The notes under the pieces were generated by a model, which saw nothing but the letters and a program-made list of their open reading frames with translations, was not told the origin of the DNA and did not search any database. DNA of 64,000 nt from Octopus bimaculoides (taxonomy: Eukaryota), in contig NC_068984.1 of the NCBI RefSeq assembly GCF_001194135.2, positions 125,933,636 to 125,997,635 on the forward strand, given 5' to 3'. The position numbers and the translations under genes are program-made. Position 1 is the stretch's first letter, and each line of letters begins with the position of its first letter. Positions 25,959 to 38,463 of the stretch are shown here, one piece after another.

Positions 25959-28900
25959 TATATATATATATTTATATATATATATATATATATATNNNNN
26001 NNNNNNNNNNNNNNNNNNNNNNNNNNNNNNNNNNNNNNNNNNNNNNNNNNNNNNNNNNNNNNNNNNNNNNNNNNNNNNNNNNNNNNNNNNNNNNNNNNNN
26101 NNNNNNNNNNNNNNNNNNNNNNNNNNNNNNNNNNNNNNNNNNNNNNNNNNNNNNNNNNNNNNNNNNNNNNNNNNNNNNNNNNNNNNNNNNNNNNNNNNNN
26201 NNNNNNNNNNNNNNNNNNNNNNNNNNNNNNNNNNNNNNNNNNNNNNNNNNNNNNNNNNNNNNNNNNNNNNNNNNNNNNNNNNNNNNNNNNNNNNNNNNNN
26301 NNNNNNNNNNNNNNNNNNNNNNNNNNNNNNNNNNNNNNNNNNNNNNNNNNNNNNNNNNNNNNNNNNNNNNNNNNNNNNNNNNNNNNNNNNNNNNNNNNNN
26401 NNNNNNNNNNNNNNNNNNNNNNNNNNNNNNNNNNNNNNNNNNNNNNNNNNNNNNNNNNNNNNNNNNNNNNNNNNNNNNNNNTATGTATATCAGAGTAAGC
26501 ACATAAATGCAAAACAAGGTGGAAAAAACAGTCTTCGAATACCAGAAGTAGAGTAATAGGCTTTATTAAAAAAGTAGCAAAAATATCACAAAACTCAGAG
26601 TTTCACATTCCCGTATAGTGGGGCTGAACCTAAAGCCCTGAGGTTAAAAAATGAACTTATTAACCACACAGTCATACCTGCACCTATATATAGGTTATAT
26701 TTATCAATTATGCATCCAAGAGTTACATTAACTTTCATCATCATCATTTAACGTCCTTTGTCCATGCTGGTATGGGTTGGATGGTTTGACCAGGGCTGGC
26801 AAGCTGGAAGATGGTTTCTACGGCTGGATGCCCTTCTTAATGCCAACCACACCGCGAGTGTAATGGGTGCTTTTACGTGCCACCGGCTTGGGTGCCATTT
26901 GCATGACACTGATATCCACCACAACTGTGGTTTTGATTGTCTTGATGGGTCTTCTTCTGAAGCACAACATAATGCCAGTGGTCTCAGTCATTGCCTCCAT
27001 TAGGTCAAACACTTAAAAGGAGCTCAGCTACTTTGCCTTTGTGAAGCTAACGCTCAAAAGGTGCTTTTTAAGTGCCACTGGTGTCAGTAACATGACACCA
27101 GCATCAGCTATGACTATGATTTCACTTGGCTTGACAGGCCCTCTCAAGCACAATACATTGCCAAAGGTCTCGGTCACTAGTCATTTGCCTCTGTGAGGCC
27201 CAAAGTTCAAAGATCATGCTTCACCACTTCGTCCCATGTCTTCCTGAGTCTACCTCTATCACAGGTTCCCTCCACTGTTAGAGATCGGCTCTTCTTTACA
27301 CAGCTGTCCTTGTCCAAACACTTCACATGGCCATACCAGCATAGCCATTTCTTTTGCACACCACATCTGATGCCTCTTATCCCCAATTTTTCTCTTAAGA
27401 TGCTTACACTCTGACGAACATGCACACTAACACTGCACATCCAGTAAAGCGTACTGACTTCATTTCTTTCAAGCCTACACATGTCCCCGTCTGTCACAGC
27501 CCATTTTTCACTGCTATGTAGTATAGCCGTTCGCACACAGACATCATACAATCTGCCTTTCACTCTGAGAGAGAGGCCCTTTGTTGCCAGCAGAGGTAGA
27601 AGCTCTCTGAACTTTGCTCACCCTAATCTTATTCTCACAGCTATGTTCTTGGCGCATCCACCTCCGCTACTAACTTGGTCACCAGCTTACCCTCCTGGCA
27701 GTTGATGGAGTCTATTTTCTGTGCATTTATTGTACCTGTGCATCTTCCACACACAAAAGCGATTTTCTCCATTAACCTTCCTCTGATATTGCTGACCTTT
27801 TATGTGTCTGTAGCTCACACTGGGTGCATCTTATGGAGTTTCTACCTACACCTTTTCTAGAGATCGAGCAGGGCCATCTACCAGAAGGGATTTGTGATTT
27901 GCCTACTTCCTACTTACTAAGACTTTGATTTTTGCTAGGTTGACTCTAAGGCCCTTCGATTCTAGACCACGCTTCCATATCTGGAACTTCTTTTCTAGTT
28001 CTGGTAGTGGTTCAGTGATAAGAACAAGGTCATCAGCATAGAGGAGCTCCCAGGAGTAGCCTGCCTTCAATTCTTCTCTTATTGCCTGGAGGACTATGAT
28101 GAACTAGATGAAGCTGAGGATTGATCCTTAGAGAACCCCTACTTGTACCTTCGCTGTACTTGTTGCCAACTCTCACCTTACTGACAGCGTCCCTGTACAT
28201 AGCTTGTACAGCTCTCACCAACCACTCATCTATCCCTAGTTTCCACATTGACCACCAGATAAGGAATCAGACTAATTAGTCAGGCTATAACCCTCTCTGT
28301 TACTTTCATCACCTGATCCAACAATTTGATACCTCTGTAATTATTTCTAAGGCATCGCCTTTACCTTTGTAGCAGTTGACTATGGTGCTGCTACACCAGT
28401 CATTGGATATGACTCCTTCATGAACCACCTAATTTACAATACTAGTGACTAGACCATAACCCACATTACCATATATTTTAAGCATTTCAGCGGTGATTCC
28501 TGATGGGCAGGGCAGGGGTGGGGGGCTTCCCTGTCTTCATATCCTTAATTGCTTTGTAGAATAAATTCTGCTTGAGTGAAATCAGACATGTTTCTATTTC
28601 TTGTATTTAATATGATACAAACATATATATCAAATAAGTTGAAGAAGAATCAAATGTAAGCTTTCATCTAAAGAAACTGAATGAAGATCATCACTCTTAG
28701 GTCATGTAATGAAAGTGACCATTTTTAGTTCAAGGAAAAAGAAAACATTGAATCAATTGAAACATTTCATTTTTTTGTCACACCAAAACCATTGCAAAGT
28801 TCCATGTAATTCTATTTTGATTCTATTTGTGTTTTTTTATTTCTTTTTATCTTACCATAGGAAGAGGTCAGTACACAATTTTTGCTCACTTTGTCTTTCC

Positions 28901-31140
28901 ATACTTTAACTGTCTGTCTTTCTTGTTGATAAATACACACTTCAATAAACACTCTCTAGCAACCCATTACTGTATGGTATCCCTCAAAACAGAATAGTCT
29001 GAAAATTATATACATTCCAGAGTATTTATTTCAATTTGGAATACGGTTCATATGTTATTAACTTTTCATATGTCCAAACCACTATGCAATCATCCTTTTA
29101 TGACTTTCTTGTTGTTACTTTATTTTTCTCATTATTGAATTGTAGACAGAAAATCCATCTTTTTTCACATTAATGGGTAAAGACTGAAACATCATCAGTC
29201 AGTGCTAATTACATAAACTGAGATGTTTTCCAAATACATTTTGACCATTAATTACAACTGAAATTAGGGAGACAGCAAAACATCTTGGTCCTTTTATTGA
29301 TTTTAGGAATACTCTGTGTGTGTATGTGTGAGAGAGAGATATCATAAAGGAAAGGGACTTGAAATTCAGGCAGGTACCCTATGAGCACTCTGATACAATT
29401 CAGTTCTGGCTAACCGCTTCGAATGGCAGGGAACATTCAGAATTGTTTAAGAAAGACAATTAAACTGTACTTCACTCGATAGGTAAATCCTGAGTTCATT
29501 TCATTGGATTTCATGCAGCATACAGAGTAACGAATCAAGAATCATCATGAAGAATGCAGAATTATACATTCTTTTACTCTTTTACTTGTTTCAGTCATTT
29601 GACTGTGGCCATGTTGGAGCACCTCCTTGAAATTAATGTTCCCATGCCAGGAATCAAATCCAGGTCGCCTGGGTGAAAGTCATGTGGTCCCTAGACCACA
29701 TGGGACCACATCTTCAAAATTTAGTCATTAAGATATTTTTACATTAAATTCCAATCCGACATATTTCTGTTGGATAACTGTCCTAGTATCCTCTGATGAA
29801 GCAGTTATGTGCAGTTAGTTCATTCATTTGCAGTATATATTCATCCAAGGTAGATATTCTTATGCAACTTTCTTCAGGATATTACCCATATGGGTGGGTG
29901 CAGCTGTATGGGTAACACCTTGAAGAAAGCAGCATAGGAATATCTACCTTGGATGTATACATACTGCAAATGAATGAACTAAATGTACATAACTGCTACA
30001 TCAGAGGACACTAGGACATTTATCCAACAGCAATACATGTCAGATTGGAATTTTATGAAAAAATATCTTAATGACTAAATTTTGAAGATGTATAATTCTC
30101 TATTCTTTATTATGATGTCTTGTGTATGTATATGTGTGTATTTATATGTTATAGCTTAGTATATCCAGTTACTTAAAACCTAGTAATAGCAGGATTATAA
30201 AGCAATGTTTCCATGTATAGTATTTATTTTCTTTTTAAGCCCAGTACTTATTGTATCAGACTCTTTTGCCAAACTACAAACTTATGGGGATGTAAACACA
30301 CCAACACTAATTGTCATGTGGTGGTGGGAGACACACACACACACACACACATATATGACAAGCTTTTTCAGTTTCCATCTACCAGATCCACTCACAAAAC
30401 TTTGGGGCTGAACCAAGAACCATGTGGTTGGGAAGCAACCTTCTTGCCACACAGCCATGCCTGTGCCTTTTTTTTTTTTTTTTTTTTCATTTTATCTAGT
30501 TTCAGCTCATGGGTTGTGGCCATGTTGGGGCACCGCCATATGTATGCAAATTATTCATCTATTCTGTTTAATTGTCTACCTCTCTATACCCCTTTAATAC
30601 ATAATTGTCTCCCTACTTATCAATTATATCAATGGTATATCTTTATACTCCATATCTCACTGTTCATTTCTCTCTTTCTCCCGTCTGCATGTTATTATTT
30701 TTTGTCCAACTCCTCAAACTTTTGTTACACAATTAACAAAGTTGCATGGAATTAATGAGGATCTTAATGGTGGCTTAGAAACGTTGATATAAATGTTGTG
30801 GGTTTTAATCTCACTCTAGCTTTCTCACTCTAGCTTTCTCACTCTGTCTATTGACACCTGGGTATGAGATGTTTTGGCACAGCCATATTGACATCACCTA
30901 TCTGGTGCTGCTGATTCTGTGCTGACTTATCAGACATTTTCATTTTTCTCTTGTTTACTCTTTCTCTTTCTTTCTCTCTCTCTCTTTCTTCCTCCCTCTC
31001 TCCCTTCCTCTCCTCTCTCTCTTCCTCCATCTCTCTGTCCCTCTCTCTCTCTCTTTCTGTATATGAAGAGAAGAAAAGTGTTTATAACAGTCATATTTAA
31101 TTGATAATTCATAATTCTCTGGCTCTTTCTCTCTCTCTTC

Positions 31141-31178
<38 letters not shown>

Positions 31179-31301
31179 NNNNNNNNNNNNNNNNNNNNNN
31201 NNNNNNNNNNNNNNNNNNNNNNNNNNNNNNNNNNNNNNNNNNNNNNNNNNNNNNNNNNNNNNNNNNNNNNNNNNNNNNNNNNTATTTGATTAATAATTCA
31301 T

Positions 31302-31334
<33 letters not shown>

Positions 31335-32273
31335 GAGGAAGAGAGGAAAAGCGTTTATTGACAATCATATTTAATTAATAATTCATAATTCTCTCCCTCC
31401 CTCTTACTCTTTCTCTCTCTCTAGCTATCTCCCTCTCCCCCTCTCTCTCTTTCTTTATATATGTATATTTCTGTTCACACACACGTGGTGTGTTTACCTC
31501 TAGTGCCAAAATGTACTGTCACCAGAATAGATTGAATGTCCACTTGGCCATGCTAAATCATCACCATCTAAACAACTCTACCCAATTGCTTCACTGCTTT
31601 GACACTTGCAGCCACCACTTAACAGTTCAATAGTTAGTTCTTTCAAACTATCATATATTTTATAGCAACAGTTTACAAACTTTTAGTCTCGTCTTTTTTC
31701 TGATTTTCTTTTTCAAACAATATTCTCTTAATATTTTGGATTCTATTTATCATCAGGTATCATGTTTGAATATGTCCTTTGGTTGGTATTGAATTCACTT
31801 GTCTTTTTTCATGCAAATCTCCAGTACTTTTAATAGTGTTCTATATATATTATATATATGGAAGTAGTACTTCATATATAAGTGCTATACACAGACATAT
31901 GCATGCATGTTTGTGACGGCTACAAACCATTCTTGAAGGATCCAATAATATTCCAACAACTTAAAATGCCTCATACATTTGATAGGTTTTTCAAAGAGCA
32001 AAAACATGGCCATCTATAACAAACTTTCCAGTCATCATCATCATTATTTTGACGTCCATTTTTCCATGCTTGCATGGATCAGAAGGAGCTATTTTTTTAA
32101 CTGAGGCAGATTTTCTTTGGCCAGATGTCTTTCCTCTTGCCAACTTTCACCTGTTTTACAAGCAAGGTAATGCTTACCCATGGCCAGACATATTTTTTAT
32201 TTTGCATAATATTGGAAATGAATGACAGTGATAACCACCTCAAAACTGTCGCACAGTGTTAAAGCCTGGGGGG

Positions 32274-32365
<92 letters not shown>

Positions 32366-32793
32366 AGTGCTCCCCGATTGGCTCCTGTGCCGGTGGTATA
32401 TAAAACACAATGACTACACTCTCGGAGTGGTTGGCTTTAGGAAGGGCATCCAGCTATAGAAACCTTGCCAGATCAGATTGGAGCCTAGTACACCCTTCTG
32501 GCTTGCCAGTTCTCAGTCAAATCGTCCAACCCATGCTAGCATGGAAAGCGGACGTTAAACGATGATGATGATGATGATGATACATATACAGTGAAATTCT
32601 TTCAGTTTCCCTCTGCCAGATCCCCCTCACAAAGCTTTGGTCAGCCTGGAGCTATAGTAGAAGACACTTGTCCAAGGTGCCACGCAGTGGGACTGGACCC
32701 GGGACCATGTGATTGTAAAGCAAACTCATTCAGAACAGCATCAAAACAAGCTGAAAAGATTACCAGTCTGAATGGTTTTGATAATCAACAATA

Positions 32794-32844
<51 letters not shown>

Positions 32845-35800
32845 AGCATTAAAAACGAGGTTTGAGAAATTTGGTAGAGACGTTGATAGCGAAGTGAGGA
32901 TAGAATATGCTCGGACATCAAGCACAGAAAATAGTCAAATGAAATATTAATTATGAAATTACCCTAGTTGTGGCACTGTTACCTAGGTCCAATCAGAATA
33001 ACCTACAAGTCCTAGATTACTCTGACTATCAAAGGCAAGTTCACTCACCCAGCTGTAGTGTTCTTTGTTATAAATTACACTTCTTCATTTTTCCATTATA
33101 TTGTGGGTTGGGTAGTTCTATAAATTCACTTCTTAACATGGATTCTTTGTACAAATGTATTTTGGTTTATTCCTTGATTTATTGTTTCCTCACACAAACC
33201 AATCAACCATGAATTAGAGAACAATAGTAATTACTCTGTAACAACATAGACTGAAGTAAAAGCACAGTAATGTCTTGGTTAAAAAGAGGCTTAACTTCAG
33301 AATTACATAACTACATTCAAGTTTACAAACCAAAGTTATTTATGACCTGTAGGGACACCATGTTTCATTATGCAACCATAATATACAACAAAGAATATTA
33401 AACTCTTTTATAAGTAAATGCTATGTTCTACTGTGTTAGCAGTGCTATTAAATCATGTGTTAAAGTTATCTCTGCAGATTTTCAATAGAAATTATAGCTA
33501 GCATTGATTTTGTTATGATAATGAAGCAAAAATTCCTGAAATATGCCATATACACTCATTACTCATTTTTCATCTTCAATCTTATCGTTGTTTACATTAG
33601 GCATACTCAGATATGAAACATCATAACAAAATCAATGCTGGCTATAATTTCTATAGAAAATCTGTTGAGATAGCCTTAACCAAAGTTATTTATTTCTATG
33701 AAGTATGTCCACCTTTACCCTTTAGCATTCAAATTATTCTGTCAAATGTAATGCTCATTTATTCACATAGTTTTAAATTGATAATGTGTTATCTTGTAGC
33801 TTTAAGATTTCAATGATGTGGTTGTTTATGTTTAGAATGTGAGAGGCTGAATCTGGCTGGTTTGAACTTAAAACAGGTAGAATGTTTGGGCTGGACGTGT
33901 CCAGTTAAAATTTTAATGGGTTAAGGAGATGTTATAGTGTTTAATTAACATATTGTTTGTTATATTGTATATAACCATTTTGTAATTAATATTCCGTTTA
34001 ATTATTCCATTAACCATTTTATTTATCTGTTGTATTTAAAAATTCATTTAACTGTTATGTTTAATATTCTGCTTAACTATTGTCATCAACCTTCTGTTAA
34101 GCTATAAAATTGCTATTTTTAAATCTCACAACGAGAGATATTCAGCAACGCTACTTTGTAGTAAAGATTGTTTGCCAACATAACATGGCAGTCCTGGTTT
34201 AGGACGAATGTTGCTGTAATTTTGCCCCAGGAGACATCGTCTCCAGCTGGCTATACGATACAGTCTGTGTCCTTATATTTTCGAACAAGGGAATCTAGCA
34301 CCCCCACTCAGCTCAAAACAATATCTGTGTATTGTGATTTCCGGGTTATTTCCCTTCGTCAGCACAGAATAATTGTTTGGCTAGAGGTGGCACTGCCAAA
34401 TTCCTGTTTGAAATATATAGTTTTCAAAATGACAACTAGTCACTGTTCTATAAATTATAAAATTACTATTTTTAAATCTCACAACGAGAAATATTCAGTA
34501 ACAGTACTTTGTAGTAAAGATTGTTTGCCAACATGACATGGCAGTCCTGGTTTAGGACTGCCATGTTATGTTGGCAAACAATTTTTACTTCTCTTAAGCT
34601 GTTATGTTTAATTCATTAAGATTATTCTCTTGACTGCAGAAAAATGTGAGATGCAGGTAATGAGTTTGATCTCTGATTGTCATCATTAAATGTCTTTCTC
34701 CTTTGTATATTCATAGCTGCAAGTAGGATTTGAATTTGGGAGTTTTCTTTTTCTAAATTTGTAACTTGTCTGGGTTGAGGGGCATCAGTGTTGATACAGG
34801 CATTAGATTTCTGAGTTGAATGTCAATGGTAAGGGACACTGAAGGTTAGTGATGGTAGTTTGTTGCAGTGGTGGTAGTGGTGGTGCTGGTGGTGGCAGTA
34901 TCGGTGGCGGCGGCAGTGATCTTAGTGATGAGGGCGTTGGTAATTACAATAGCGGTGGTGTTGGTGGTAACAATGATAGTGGTAGTGATGATGGGGGATG
35001 ATGGTAGTCAGTGTAATGAGGGTGGTGGTGGTGGTGATTATAATGATGCTAATAGTGTTGATGATGACGACAACAACGATGATTATGATGATGATGATGA
35101 AAGCATAACATAAACTCCATAACTTGTAACAAACTGTTACAATACCCCATCATTAATATCACCATCATTATCTTCATTGGTGTCATCACCATCTTTTATA
35201 CCCAGCTGCGTAGCGAGAGAGGAAGGAAGGAACAGAAAGATTGGAGTTGTCTGTCCTCCACATAATGGGATGACAGTTGAAACAGGGGTTATGTTCTTGT
35301 AACCAGGGGTTACTTTTCATTACACAATGGTGATTGGAGGCAGTTGCAGTGGTCATCTGTGGATAGCCAAGGTCATACTTCTCTCCATACAGTTTGGTGT
35401 CCAAAGGTGACTATAGCAGTTATGTTCTGGTAACCAAAGTAACTGGGGTTGCTTCTTGTCTTACACTGCTCAGACATACTTGACCCCGGAACCTCTATAT
35501 GAGGTCATGTAACCTACTAGAAAAAGCAGCCAAAATTTCTCTTAAATAACACCCTACTGTCTTAAATAGGGAAGAGCACAATGGATAATATACTCCTAAA
35601 TACCTTCCTAAATGTTGGGATGGTCATGGTTGGAATGCCTTTAACCCTTTAATTTTTAAATTTAATTTCATGGTTATTCCAGTAATGATGATAAATATCT
35701 ACCCCCAAAAAATAGAATTGGTATTTTCTGCAAGTTACATTGCCTCAGTAAGCTTAACACATCATCATCATCATCATCATCATCATCATTTAATATCCAT

Positions 35801-38097
35801 TGTCCATGCTGGCATGGGTTGGACGGTTTGACTGGGCTGGCATACTGGAAGGCTGTGCCAGGCTCCAGTCTGATTTGGCATGGTTTTCTATGATTGGATG
35901 CCCTTCCTAACGCCAACCACTCTGAGAGTGTAATGGGTGTTTTTACATGACACCAGTATCTGCCATGACTGTGATTTTGCTCTGCTTGATGGGTCTTCTT
36001 CTCAAGCACGACATAATGCCAAGAGTCTTGGTCATTGCCACTGTGAGGCCCATCACTCAAAAGGAACTTGGCCACTTTGTCCTCATGGGGCCCAATGCTT
36101 GAATGGAACTTAGCTGCTTGCCTCCATGAGGCCCAACACTCGAAAGGAACTCACCAGAAAATAGTTTCAAACATAACATTCCGTCCACAAAAGATGAACT
36201 GGTAACTGCTTTCTGCAGTTAAAATTTATGAATTTTCAGTGAATATACAGTGGGGTGCTGAAAAGTTCCTGGCTTTGGGTAAAAGAAAATACAAGAGGAG
36301 CAGTTAATTATGATTTTATTCAACATATTCCCCTCTCATCATCATCATCATCATCGTTTAACGTCCGCTTTCCATGCTAGCATGGGTTGGACGATTTGAC
36401 TGAGGACTGGTGAAACCGGATGGCAACACCAGGCTCCAGTCTGATTTGGCAGAGTTTCTACAGCTGGATGCCCTTCCTAACGCCAACCACTCAGAGAGTG
36501 TAGTGGGTGCTTTTACGTGTCNNNNNNNNNNNNNNNNNNNNNNNNNNNNNNNNNNNNNNNNNNNNNNNNNNNNNNNNNNNNNNNNNNNNNNNNNNNNNNN
36601 NNNNNNNNNNNNNNNNNNNNNNNNNNNCATCTCATGTGCCACCCGCACAAGAACCAGTCCAGGGGCACTGGCAACGATCTTACTTGGCTTGCCGGGTCTT
36701 CTCACGCACAGCCCATTTCCAAAGGTCTCGGTCCGTAGTCATTGCCTCGGTGAGGCCCAATGTACGAAGGTCTTGCCTCACCACCTCAGCCCAGGTCTTC
36801 CTGGGCCTACCTCTTCCACGGGTTCCCTCAACTGTTAGGGTGTGGCACTTTTTCACGCAGCTATCCTCCTCCATTCTCACCACATGTCCATACCAGCGCA
36901 ATCGTCTCTCTTGCACGCCAGATTTACACAATTATTGCCCTATAAAAGAACTCAGAAGGTTGGGCCTTCAACCAGGCCTTTTGCAATACTTGTAAAACCA
37001 GGAACTTTTCAGCACCCCCTCATATCTGATTTCCACAGTAAAAGGGTCAATTACAGATCTGCTGTATCAAGGTTCACTTGGAACTATTGTTATTACTACC
37101 CGCTCTCCCTTTCATTAGGGTGTATATCTCTCATGTCTTCTTTTTTTTTTTTTTTTTCTCTGTTTCAGAGATATCCAGAGTTATTTCTCACAGATTGGTA
37201 TATGGATGGTAAACATGGAATCTAGCCTGTCTCGAGGTTCTTCAGTCATGCAAGAACTCAACAATAGGTGTAATCTGTTTATTCAGGTAAGCCATTGCAC
37301 CTTGTAGTGTTAATGTGTTCAGTGGTAAAATAGAGTATAATTAATTGTACCTTGCTACTATTATAGCCCTATCTTCACCTGCATTCAAAATGTTCAGCCT
37401 CCAAAATATTAGGTACCACTGTTTTACCATATTTGTTTGCTTGATAAATTTATGAATGAGCCCTCTAGTGTTTCAGAAACTATTAATGCTAGGAAGAAGT
37501 TTTCTCTTTTTCTCACTAATTTTAACTATGTGTGGTCGTGTGATAAGAACTTTTCTTCTCAACCGCAATCACATGGTTTCTATCTATCTCTCTATCTCTT
37601 CACCACACATGCATTATTTCTCTCTCTCGCTCTCTCTCACTCTCTCTCTCTCTCTCTCTCTCTCCCCCTCTCTCTTTCTCTCCCTCTCCAACACACACTT
37701 AGCAGCTGTCCATCAACCCCTCAGGTCTAGAAGCCCTGTTCTAATCTATGTATGTTATGGCTTCTTGTCAAAGAATAATTGCTAATATAGCACCTTGTGC
37801 ATTGATTTGCCCTGGGGCCTACAATGCTGCTAAGATGGCCTTGTTTCCCTTCCATTATGTCTTCCTCAACATATCTCTCCGCATCCCCTCCGTCCCTTTC
37901 CTTACTGATGTCTTTCTCACTCTTCCATCTTTTTCTCCTTCCTCTCTTCCATATATTTTCTTTCTCACCCTTTTTACTCCTTCTTTCCCTCCTTCTTCTC
38001 CATTCAGTCTCAAACCATTCCCAAGCTTCCCCACCTATCTCTGTCTGCCTATGAATCTTCTACTACCTGTCTATCTATCTATCTATCAACCATCTAC

Positions 38098-38154
<57 letters not shown>

Positions 38155-38228
38155 CTATCTATTTATCAACCATCTACTATTTATCTATCTGTCTATCTAG
38201 CATCTACTCTCTCTCTCTNNNNNNNNNN

Positions 38229-38305
<77 letters not shown>

Positions 38306-38422
38306 ATTTATCAACCATCTACTATTTATCTATCTGTCTATCTAGCATCTACTCTCTCTCTCTATCTATCTATTTCCCTCTCTATCTCTCTCTATCTATC
38401 TATCTATCTATCAACCATCTAC

Positions 38423-38463
<41 letters not shown>

